Origin: Candidatus Zhuqueibacterota bacterium
Lineage (GTDB): Bacteria > Zhuqueibacterota > Zhuqueibacteria > Residuimicrobiales > Krinioviventaceae
Reading direction: 5' to 3'
Assembly (NCBI GenBank): GCA_016928775.1
Contig: JAFGKD010000071.1
Span: 84,164 to 148,163 of the forward strand
DNA length: 64,000 nucleotides
The notes beneath the pieces were generated by a model that worked only from the letters and a program-made list of their open reading frames with translations, had not been told where the DNA came from and did no database searches. Below, piece by piece: positions 29,002 to 37,556 of the stretch. Position numbers and translations under genes: made by a program. The stretch's first letter is position 1; each line of letters opens with the position of its first letter.

Positions 29002-29083
29002 ATTGACTCCTGTAGATTGCGTCTTAGCTGGAAATATCTTGAATTTGATATGAGCTTTGAATTGATTTATTCGTTGAAAGGAT

Positions 29084-30106
29084 TCATGATCGCTTCACCT
29101 TGATTAACAGTTTTGTCACCGCGCCAGAATTTGCATCCCAGTCGGCTAACGCGCGCCCGGTTTGACCGAATGGATAGACCTTTGTAATGAGGGATTCAAA
29201 AGGGTGCTCTTTTTTTTCGAGCATTTTAATAACTGCGGGGAAAACATGCAAGGCATTTCGTGAACCGCATATCGTCAATTCTTTGCGGACTACCAGGGTG
29301 CTGTCGAATGACACTTTGGTTTTTGTATAGCCAATATAGACGACGCGTCCGGCAAAGCACACCAGCTCCACCGCCTGGCTGAATGTCTCGGGGATACCCG
29401 CTGCTTCAATAGCCACATTGACACCCTCGTTCCTGGTCCGCTCGTGCACAACCTCGACAAGGTCTTCTTTACTGGAGTTTACGGTGAGATGGGCTCCCAT
29501 CTTTTTGGCATGATGCAGTTTTCGATCGTCAATGTCCGCTACAATAACCGTCGCACCTTTGCGAAGGCACGCGACCAGGACACCCATGCCAATTGCGCCG
29601 GCTCCATAAACAAGGACCGTATCGGTTTCCGATACCAAGCCGCGATTGGTGGCATGGTATCCAACGCTCAGCGGTTCAACAAGTGCCAGTTCCGGCAAAG
29701 ATAATTTTTGCGATGCATGGGCCTTGCTATAATGAATGGCTAATTTCTCGGTCAGCGCGCCGTCGCGCTGAACGCCAAGAGTTTGATTAAATTCACAGGT
29801 GTTGGTGCGGCCAATCCGGCAGGCCGGGCACATGCCACAATTTGTATAGGGTGAGATCATCACCTTGTCACCGAGGCTGAGTCTGTCCGGCACGTTTGCA
29901 CCTTTGTCAATGATGATGCCGCTTATTTCATGACCCGGTATACGCGGATAGTCCATTCCGGGCATTTTGCCGCGATAGGTTGACAGGTCACTGCCGCAGA
30001 GTCCCACAAAATGAACATCGATTAAAATATCTTCCACACCCATGACCGGTTCAGGGATGTCAAAAAAATCTGTTTTTCCAGGTTCTGTTAAACGAAAGGC
30101 TTTCAT
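29084..30106 (-). CDS. Zn-dependent medium-chain alcohol/polyol dehydrogenase
   Basis: GLCGSDL (catalytic Zn Cys), the structural-zinc motif CGMCPAC and the GAGAIG Rossmann motif. The start is set at MKAFRL so that it overlaps the upstream gene by only 4 bp. Confidence 0.8.
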   Translation of the reverse strand: MKAFRLTEPGKTDFFDIPEPVMGVEDILIDVHFVGLCGSDLSTYRGKMPGMDYPRIPGHEISGIIIDKGANVPDRLSLGDKVMISPYTNCGMCPACRIGRTNTCEFNQTLGVQRDGALTEKLAIHYSKAHASQKLSLPELALVEPLSVGYHATNRGLVSETDTVLVYGAGAIGMGVLVACLRKGATVIVADIDDRKLHHAKKMGAHLTVNSSKEDLVEVVHERTRNEGVNVAIEAAGIPETFSQAVELVCFAGRVVYIGYTKTKVSFDSTLVVRKELTICGSRNALHVFPAVIKMLEKKEHPFESLITKVYPFGQTGRALADWDANSGAVTKLLIKVKRS

Positions 30107-30936
30107 AATTGATAAAATTTGACCGCATTTCCTCCCCAAAATGCGGCTTTCTCCATATCGGAAAAGTTATGTTTATCAAGATATGATTCAACAATATCGA
30201 TCACTTTATCGTAAGATGCGGCCAGTGTACACACGGGCCAGTCCGAACCGAACAATAGACGATCCATTCCGAATGCATTGATAATGACGTCGAGATAGGG
30301 CTCAAAGTCTGCAAGCTGCCAGTGCTGCCAGTCCGCTTCCGTGACCAATCCCGAGATTTTACAAAATACATGCGGAAAAGCGGCGAGCTGTTGTATGTGC
30401 TTTTTCCAGGGTGAGAGAAAACCATCTTTGATGGCCGGTTTGCCAATATGATCGAGCATAAAACGATGTTCCGGGAAGTTTTTGACGAGTTCACTGCACG
30501 CGGCCAATTGTTTTGGAAAGATCAAAATATCGTATGTCAGGTTATGCTCCAACAGCTTTTCAACACCGCGCATAAAAGTTTCGCCAAGCAAAAAACGAAC
30601 GTCCGGCTCATCCTGCACCACATGACGGACGCCGACAAATTTGGGGTGTGATGCAAAACGCGCCAACTGCTCGTCCAGGTGCTCGCTGCGCAGATCGACC
30701 CAACCAACAACACCTTCGATCACCGGGTGTTGATCCGCCAGATCAAGCAACCATTGTGTTTCCGCACTGGTTTGGCGGGCCTGCACGGCAACCGAACCGG
30801 CAAAACCGTTTGTCGTCAGGATTTTCTCCAACTCATTCGGGAGAAAATCTCGCCTGAGTGTCGCCATGCTATCTGTTATCCAGCCATATTCCGCTGCTGA
30901 ATAATGCCAAAAATGCTGATGAGCATCGATCTTCAT
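30103..30936 (-). CDS. Amidohydrolase-2 family lactonase (L-fuconolactonase-like)
   Basis: MKIDAHQHFW...GSDWPV is typical of amidohydrolase_2 sugar lactonases. The start is set at the internal ATG overlapping the upstream stop (ATGA). The longer track ORF looks like an artefactual extension. Confidence 0.7.
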   Translation of the reverse strand: MKIDAHQHFWHYSAAEYGWITDSMATLRRDFLPNELEKILTTNGFAGSVAVQARQTSAETQWLLDLADQHPVIEGVVGWVDLRSEHLDEQLARFASHPKFVGVRHVVQDEPDVRFLLGETFMRGVEKLLEHNLTYDILIFPKQLAACSELVKNFPEHRFMLDHIGKPAIKDGFLSPWKKHIQQLAAFPHVFCKISGLVTEADWQHWQLADFEPYLDVIINAFGMDRLLFGSDWPVCTLAASYDKVIDIVESYLDKHNFSDMEKAAFWGGNAVKFYQL

Positions 30937-31991
30937 TTCTGCACCACCTGACCGAGATAGGGATAATTGTTCGCGATTAATCCCGCGTTTTTCATCGCCA
31001 TCCAAAAATCGCTGGAAAGCTCCGTTGAAACGGAGGCGATATTTTGTCGCACACGTTGTGGATTGCTCGTATTGAGCGCGATACTGAGGATGCCGGGATG
31101 CGACAGTCCGAACTGCACACAAGCCGTGGCCGGCGCGGCAGCAAAATCCTGACATACGGAAAAAAACTTTTTTCGCCAGTCAAAATATGTTTTATCCGTT
31201 TCGCTCCGCGGATTGAGGATGCGGTAGTCAAAATAGCGTCCGCCAGTCAAAAAGCCGGCGTGAAAAACTGCCGAGTTGAAAATGCCAATGCCTCTTTCGG
31301 TGAGTTCATCGAGGAAATCGAGCACCTCGGGTGGATGCTTCAGGATGGTAAAACTGACAGCCAGCATCACCCAATCCAGATCTATCTCACTTGTAATGTC
31401 GCGGATAACGTGCCAGTCCTTGGCGCCGACGCCAATGGCTTTGGCCAATCCCTGTTCCTTGAGTTCGAACAGGGCACGATAGGCGTCGATGATGTCCTGA
31501 AAGGCCCGGGATCGTTCACGGGGTGTCGTTGCAGCAGCAAGGTATTCATCCGGATCATGTACGGATAGAAGCCGTGGGGAGTAATTCTCTCCGAGCAATT
31601 GACAGCCTTGCTCCCAGCACTCGTATATACCGTCGTAGCTGATTTTTTGTATGGCGTCATGTTTGATATTTGCCCACACACCGCGCTCAAAAGTTGGCTC
31701 CGGCGTTGTGAGGGGAACACGATACCAGCCCATCTTGTTGCTTATAACAATCCGTTTTGCTGGTATGTCCAGCTCCTGCAATCCCTGCCCGATCACCTCG
31801 AGTGCGAGACCGGCGCCATACTTGCCCGCCGAGTCCAATAGAACGAGACCGGACATGTTATTGAACATCTCTCGCAAAATGTCCAGTTTGATCTCCCGGG
31901 ATAATGGCTGATATAAATTCCCGAGACAGCTTGTGCCAAAGATGATGGGCGGAATATCGAGTCCTGTTTTTCCCAGCTTTTTGTATGTCAT
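30933..31991 (-). CDS. Aldo/keto reductase (candidate L-fucose/aldose 1-dehydrogenase)
   Basis: 352 aa. The N-terminal KLGKTGLDIPPIIFGT and TIM-barrel oxidoreductase blocks fit AKR. The role comes from context only. Confidence 0.7.
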   Translation of the reverse strand: MTYKKLGKTGLDIPPIIFGTSCLGNLYQPLSREIKLDILREMFNNMSGLVLLDSAGKYGAGLALEVIGQGLQELDIPAKRIVISNKMGWYRVPLTTPEPTFERGVWANIKHDAIQKISYDGIYECWEQGCQLLGENYSPRLLSVHDPDEYLAAATTPRERSRAFQDIIDAYRALFELKEQGLAKAIGVGAKDWHVIRDITSEIDLDWVMLAVSFTILKHPPEVLDFLDELTERGIGIFNSAVFHAGFLTGGRYFDYRILNPRSETDKTYFDWRKKFFSVCQDFAAAPATACVQFGLSHPGILSIALNTSNPQRVRQNIASVSTELSSDFWMAMKNAGLIANNYPYLGQVVQK

Positions 31992-33238
31992 GTCGTTACA
32001 AAGAGTGGTTTCAGATGGCGCTCATAGATGTTATTGCAAACATTCTCTGCGACCACCTGTTCATATCGCTCGAGTGCGTTCAGATAACGATCTCCCATTT
32101 CGGCAGCGACTTTGTAGCCGATGTGCAGCAATTGCCGAAAATGCGGATTATATTTTTTGTTGGTTTGATCGTGGCGCAATATCTCGGCATATTGTCTGCC
32201 ATCCCAACCATCCACATCAACCGGCGAGGGAAGCGCCCGCATATCCATATCAATAACCGAGGCATAAGGTTTAGCTAGTTCATCATAGCGATTGACCGCC
32301 TGGCGGTATACATCCCGGGCGATATCTAGTCCTTCGCCGCCGGCAAGCGCCAGTCCGATCAATTCTTCGAGCCAGGTTGTTCCGGCTGTTTTGATGTGCA
32401 GGCCGGTTTCAAATTTTTGTATGGCTGTGCGCATCGGAGTATAAAGCGAAAATTTGTCACTTCCCGAATGGACGCTGAGTTTCAAATTGGTCGGGAGTGA
32501 AAATTCCCGAATGGCGAACTGAATGACCGCCACATCCTGTTCAAACTCCCGGGTGAATTTTTCAAGATCCCCGATATAGTCAACGCCTTTGTTGAAACGG
32601 CCGGTGAATTTGGGAGCAATTGTTTGCACCGGCATACCGCGCGCTGACAGCGCTGCCAATATGAAGAACAGCTCGACCGGCGTTTGCGGTTCGTCGGTTT
32701 CGTCCATGGATACCTCGGTGACAAAATTATCCGCGCCTTTCTGCTCGACGAGGTGTTGATAAATTCGATTCGCTTCTTCAATAGCGTAGAGATATTTTTC
32801 ACCAATGCTACGGATCAAATCTTTGGTGATGTGAAAGGTCTGTTCAATAGAAGGAATGGACAATCTTCCGATATATTTTGAATTTTGTGTGACAAAGGTC
32901 TGGATAGCGGTTTCATCGGCTTTTTTGCCAATGTAATCAGCCACATCCAGGGTGAAAAAATCACACACCGGAATGAACGGTTCGATGATTTTTAGACTGA
33001 CGTGATCCGCATCGACAAAATAAGGTTCATCCCAATCCAGGGCTTTTACGGCGGCATCTGCTTCGGCGCGTGTATCGGCGGGACGGGTGTGAATAATCGT
33101 ATGCTCGCGATAGGATTTATTCCACACCGGCACCACATCAAGACCGACTGTTTGGGCTCGTTTAACCGCGCAAAGCTGCGCTACACCTTGATGACCGAAT
33201 CGATCACCAAGTCCGATTGAATATTTACCTAAAACCAT
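31988..33238 (-). CDS. Hypothetical sugar-metabolism enzyme (possibly UxaE-like epimerase fold); function unassigned
   Basis: ~417 aa from ATG at 33238 (the track ORF extends to 33289). No signal peptide. Sits inside the fucose operon. The family could not be assigned from sequence alone. Confidence 0.35.
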   Translation of the reverse strand: MVLGKYSIGLGDRFGHQGVAQLCAVKRAQTVGLDVVPVWNKSYREHTIIHTRPADTRAEADAAVKALDWDEPYFVDADHVSLKIIEPFIPVCDFFTLDVADYIGKKADETAIQTFVTQNSKYIGRLSIPSIEQTFHITKDLIRSIGEKYLYAIEEANRIYQHLVEQKGADNFVTEVSMDETDEPQTPVELFFILAALSARGMPVQTIAPKFTGRFNKGVDYIGDLEKFTREFEQDVAVIQFAIREFSLPTNLKLSVHSGSDKFSLYTPMRTAIQKFETGLHIKTAGTTWLEELIGLALAGGEGLDIARDVYRQAVNRYDELAKPYASVIDMDMRALPSPVDVDGWDGRQYAEILRHDQTNKKYNPHFRQLLHIGYKVAAEMGDRYLNALERYEQVVAENVCNNIYERHLKPLFVTT

Positions 33239-33264
33239 ACTGTGCCTTTTATGTGCATGTGATA

Positions 33265-34335
33265 TTAATTGGAAAATGAATTCAACCACGCCACAGCCGC
33301 ATCGCGTTTTTGCGACATCGTTGCAGCGTCAGCAGGGAGTTTGACCAGGCGCCACGATATATCAAAACGGATTGATCCGCCGATATTGAGCTGCGCAAAT
33401 GGACTCAACAGCTCAAGCTCGGTGTATTGCGGTGATGTATAAACTTCAGCGCTGAGCCCGCCATCCGGATAAGTCCCGGTCTGCCGGCGGAAGAATTCGC
33501 CGATAACAACATTTTCGACGATGGCCCCGAGCCAGTGATCCGAATCCGCACCCGCTTTGAGTTGTCGTGATGGATGAGGAACAAAAGTGGCGATGTTTTC
33601 ATCCATGCTTATTTGAGCACCGGCTTCATTTGACCACAGATGGATTTTATTTGGCAGGGAGCTGGCAGGGTTCAGGTTAAAGATGGCCATGTGCGGTGAC
33701 CGAATTTGCGTGATATTCCAAATTGTGTAATCAATTGGTTCGACCGAGCTATTTTGCGCCCGTTTCACCTTTTTAATGGTTTGTTGAATGAGCAGTTGCG
33801 TGCTCTGCGGGTCGAGGGAAATCTCCCGAATACTATAGGCACCACAATAGTCACTGACGTTGCTGGTTATTCTGAGACCATTGGCAATTTCGTCCGCTTG
33901 ATGCGCACCGCCATCGAACCAATGATCCGGCGGCCAACTATGACCATTGATCGCCGGAAATTGACTCTGTTCGGTCGGCCATACTTTGTCACCACCAAAG
34001 TTTGCCCAGGTGATTTGGCCGTTTACTCGATAGGGCTGACCGCTCGGCAATGTCTTGCCATATAAAGACGGATCATCCCACAAAACATTGGCGCCACCCA
34101 CATAACCGTAATACATAATTCGTCCTATAGCCGGTACAACGACGACTTTGACCAGTCCATTGGTCATTTCGTAGGAATTTTCCCAGCCGTTGTAAGTGAT
34201 TTTGGTGACTGTAACCTCTCCCGTTGGTCCAGGAGCTGTCGGCGTATTGTTTTTTGAATTTTTTGAACACATTGTCGACACCGTTATGAGACAAATGAAA
34301 AGACTAAAGGCAAGCACTTTTTTCATAGAATTCAC
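33265..34335 (-). CDS. Hypothetical secreted lipoprotein
   Basis: Signal peptide ending in Cys (STMCSKN). 356 aa. No recognised motifs. Confidence 0.5.
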   Translation of the reverse strand: MNSMKKVLAFSLFICLITVSTMCSKNSKNNTPTAPGPTGEVTVTKITYNGWENSYEMTNGLVKVVVVPAIGRIMYYGYVGGANVLWDDPSLYGKTLPSGQPYRVNGQITWANFGGDKVWPTEQSQFPAINGHSWPPDHWFDGGAHQADEIANGLRITSNVSDYCGAYSIREISLDPQSTQLLIQQTIKKVKRAQNSSVEPIDYTIWNITQIRSPHMAIFNLNPASSLPNKIHLWSNEAGAQISMDENIATFVPHPSRQLKAGADSDHWLGAIVENVVIGEFFRRQTGTYPDGGLSAEVYTSPQYTELELLSPFAQLNIGGSIRFDISWRLVKLPADAATMSQKRDAAVAWLNSFSN

Positions 34336-34420
34336 CTCGTGGTGTGTGGGCAGAATATGGAAAGAAAGATAATAAGGTGGTCGGACATTTCAAAGGAGAA
34401 AAACGGCGGCAGCACTTTGC

Positions 34421-35575
34421 CTAAGCTGCCAGGAGAATAATTTCAGCAATTTCATCCGGACCAATCGTTCCGTGCTCGCCTAATGTGCTGCCGCGCTGTT
34501 GATGTGATGCGGATATTTGTCGCACATCCGCCGGCGTCAAATTCACATCGGCGAGGCAAACCGGCACATGCAAACTTTTGAAAAACTCGATGGTTTTTGC
34601 GATGGCCTGGTCAACGACCTGATTTTCGTCGTCTTGCGCCAGTCCCCATACTCGACGACCATATTGCGCCAGTTTTTTGAATTTGGCTTTTTTCTGATGT
34701 TTGAGCACGGCTGGCAGAAAGATTGCTAACGTGCGGGCATGGTCAATGCCGTGCAGGGCGGTCAGTTCGTGGCCGATCTGATGTGTCGTCCAATCGGTTG
34801 GCACACCGCGACTCAGGAGAGTATTCAGCGCCAGCGTTGCTGCCCACATGAGGGTAGCGCGAGTGTCGTAATCCAGCGGATTTTGCAGCGCCTTGGGTCC
34901 TTCTTCAACGAGGGTGAGCAAAATGGATTCAGCGAGTCTGTCCTGCAAGGGCGCATTCACCGGGAAAGTCAGATATTGCTCAATGACATGCACAAAGGTA
35001 TCAACGACACCATTGGCCACTTGTCGTTCCGGCAGGGTATAGGTCGTTTCAGGATCGAGGATGGCGAACTGTGGAAAGACATGTTTATCGATAAATGCCA
35101 GTTTTTCACCTGTTTCTTCGCGGGAGATCACCGCATTGGGATTGGACTCGGACCCGGTAGCCGGCAATGTTAAAACGCAACCAAGAGGCAGGGCCGCTTC
35201 CAATGGGAGGCTCTTGCGGACAAAATCCCAGGGTTCATCACCACGCCACAAAGCGGCAGCGGCAATAAACTTGGAGGCATCCAGGACTGATCCACCACCA
35301 ACAGACAAGATGAAATCAATATTTTCGTTTTTGACGATCCGGACGGCCTGCATACAGGTACGATATTGCGGATTCGGCTCGATTCCGCCATATTCAATAA
35401 CCTTGTGCTCCTTCAGCGCAGTCATGACCTGATCATACACACCGTTCTTTTTAATCGATCCGCCGCCATAGGTTAATAAAATCTTTAAATCATTTGACAG
35501 CAGGTTTTTAAGCTCGGCAATCGTTCCCTTGCCAAAGACAATTTTTGTAGGATTGTGATAGGTAAAATTGTACAT
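34421..35575 (-). CDS. Iron-containing (group III) alcohol dehydrogenase, FucO/YqhD-like (candidate lactaldehyde reductase)
   Basis: GGGS(V/P)xD motif (VGGGSVLDASK) and conserved His cluster. 384 aa. Confidence 0.8.
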   Translation of the reverse strand: MYNFTYHNPTKIVFGKGTIAELKNLLSNDLKILLTYGGGSIKKNGVYDQVMTALKEHKVIEYGGIEPNPQYRTCMQAVRIVKNENIDFILSVGGGSVLDASKFIAAAALWRGDEPWDFVRKSLPLEAALPLGCVLTLPATGSESNPNAVISREETGEKLAFIDKHVFPQFAILDPETTYTLPERQVANGVVDTFVHVIEQYLTFPVNAPLQDRLAESILLTLVEEGPKALQNPLDYDTRATLMWAATLALNTLLSRGVPTDWTTHQIGHELTALHGIDHARTLAIFLPAVLKHQKKAKFKKLAQYGRRVWGLAQDDENQVVDQAIAKTIEFFKSLHVPVCLADVNLTPADVRQISASHQQRGSTLGEHGTIGPDEIAEIILLAA

Positions 35576-35608
35576 GCTGACCTCAATCGCTTTGTGCTCT
35601 TTTGATCA

Positions 35609-36283
35609 TTATGTCGATACCGCTTCCAGTTTTTTGAGGCGTTCTTCGTGGTCGTCCAGTCTATTTTCCTGGCGAGTCAGAGCGTGATTTACCGCTGATT
35701 TTTCGGTTTGATAGCTGTCAATTTTTTTCGCCAGGCCGTCGATAGCAGCCATGAGCAAGTGGAATTTTTTATCTGCATCTGCTTTGGTTTCCAGCAGTTT
35801 CATATCCTCGCGAATATTTACTACTTCTACAACAAGTCGATCGATTCTTTCGCTATTATAATCAACTTTCGTTTTTAACTCCTCAATACCCACGGTATTT
35901 TTTGCCACCTGTTGAGCAACGAGTTCAAGATCCTTTTTATCGGCTTTTTTATCCAGCTCTCGGCGGATTTCATTGACCGTTGTTTGATCGGCCTTTTTGG
36001 CTAATTCTCTGCGGATTTCATCGACAGTCGTTTGATCAGCTTTTTTCGCTAATTCCTTGCGGATCTCATCGACCGTTGTTTGATCGGCCTTTTTAGCCAG
36101 CTCTTTGCGGATTTCATCGACAGTCGTTTGAGCAGCTTTTTGAGTCAGCTCTTTTCGCGTGTCATCAAGCGCTTTTTGGTTGGCTTTTGTAGCAAGCTCT
36201 CGCTCAAAGTCCGAAAACTTGTTCTCCAGATTTTCGAGACGTCTTTCAATGCCGGCAAATTTGTCCTGGCTATCTGAATTCAT
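35609..36283 (-). CDS. Coiled-coil protein with tandem 17-aa repeats
   Basis: TTVDEIRKELAKKADQ repeated about 5 times, encoded by 51-bp tandem DNA repeats at roughly 35940-36150. Confidence 0.6.
   Translation of the reverse strand: MNSDSQDKFAGIERRLENLENKFSDFERELATKANQKALDDTRKELTQKAAQTTVDEIRKELAKKADQTTVDEIRKELAKKADQTTVDEIRRELAKKADQTTVNEIRRELDKKADKKDLELVAQQVAKNTVGIEELKTKVDYNSERIDRLVVEVVNIREDMKLLETKADADKKFHLLMAAIDGLAKKIDSYQTEKSAVNHALTRQENRLDDHEERLKKLEAVST
35940..36150. repeat. Approx. five tandem 51-bp repeats inside the coiled-coil CDS
   Basis: Near-identical units ttcatcgac(a/c)gt(c/t)gtttgatc(a/g)gc(c/t)tttt(t/a)gc(t/c)a(a/g)(t/c)tc(t/c)(c/t)tgcggat seen directly. Coordinates are approximate. 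Confidence 0.6.
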
Positions 36284-36593
36284 ACTATCCCCCTATCGTT
36301 TTTTCTCGATGTTGCATGTGAAAAATATAGCTGTACTGGAATAAAAAGTCAAGCGGAATTCCAGGCCAATTTCGGCTCCTAAATTATTTCGGCCATAATT
36401 TTCCTGGCACACAACGGCTCTTTATCATAATGTTATTTCCTACCTGCGCGGGAAAGATAATTTCAAAAAAAATTGCTTGGAAAAGAGCATAAACTCTTCG
36501 TATAATTCGCCCACATTTTGAATATCATGACCTTTTACGAATGAACGTCGAGCAAAAGCAAAATAAAAAGATTTTGTTGAATGAAAGGATGAT

Positions 36594-37541
36594 ATGAAAA
36601 CAAAGTTGCTTATTGTTATTTATATTTTTATGTATTCTTTATTGTCGCCGACTTTTCACGCGGATCAGACTGCATCGGTACCTTTTCAAAATTCTTTGCC
36701 ATTTCAAATTCCTGAAGATCAGATTCGACCGCTGTTAAACATGACCTCTCTTGCTTTGCAGGAGCATCTCGTCAGCAAACTGGTACAAAATGTGACATGG
36801 GAAAGCCTGATCCGGCGGAAAAAAATGGCGGTTGGTGTTGTCGACCTGCGAGATCTAAATGACATCAAATACGCCAGCGTCAATGGTAACAAGATGATGT
36901 ATGCCGCCAGTTTGCCGAAGCTGGCCATTTTGCTCGGCGCCGCACAGGCGCTGGAAAACGGCAGCTTGCAGGAAACAGAGCAAGTGCTGCACGACATGCG
37001 GATCATGATCAGCAAATCCGACAACGAAGCTGCGACGCGAATGATCGACCGCATAGGTTTTGATCAGATCGAGCAAACACTTTGTGATCCCCGCTACGAA
37101 TTGTATGATATAAAACGCGGCGGTGGCCTGTGGGTTGGTAAAAGATACGCCAAAACCGGGAAACGACATGGGGATCCAATGTACAATATCAGTCACGGCG
37201 CAACGGTCACACAGGTTTGTCGATTTTATTATCTCCTGGCTATGGGTAAACTGGTGAGTTGGGATCGTTCCAAACAGATGCTCGATATAATGGTAGCGCC
37301 AGAAATTCATCATAAATTCGTAAATTCATTTGATCGACTTGCTCCAGAAGCAACGGTGTATCGCAAATCCGGCACATGGAAAAATTATCACGCCGATTCA
37401 GCACTCATTTGGGGACCGGTCTGGCGTCGCTACATTGTCGTTGGTCTAGTGGAGGATAGCCGCGGCGAAGAGATTCTGCGCGAGTTGATACCAACCATAG
37501 AACAAGTGCTCCTCGAAAACTCGGGTGAAACAAAATTGTAA
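36594..37541 (+). CDS. Class A beta-lactamase-fold serine hydrolase
   Basis: All three class-A motifs are present: S-x-x-K (ASLPK), SDN (KSDNEA) and KSG (RKSGTW). Signal peptide present. Confidence 0.65.
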   Translation: MKTKLLIVIYIFMYSLLSPTFHADQTASVPFQNSLPFQIPEDQIRPLLNMTSLALQEHLVSKLVQNVTWESLIRRKKMAVGVVDLRDLNDIKYASVNGNKMMYAASLPKLAILLGAAQALENGSLQETEQVLHDMRIMISKSDNEAATRMIDRIGFDQIEQTLCDPRYELYDIKRGGGLWVGKRYAKTGKRHGDPMYNISHGATVTQVCRFYYLLAMGKLVSWDRSKQMLDIMVAPEIHHKFVNSFDRLAPEATVYRKSGTWKNYHADSALIWGPVWRRYIVVGLVEDSRGEEILRELIPTIEQVLLENSGETKL

Positions 37542-37556
37542 AGCTTTGTTCCTGAT

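Noticed and set aside
30103-31155. 350-aa version of the amidohydrolase ORF
   Set aside because: The 73-residue N-terminal extension overlaps the AKR gene. The internal ATG overlapping the AKR stop (ATGA) yields the canonical amidohydrolase_2 start MKIDAHQHFW.
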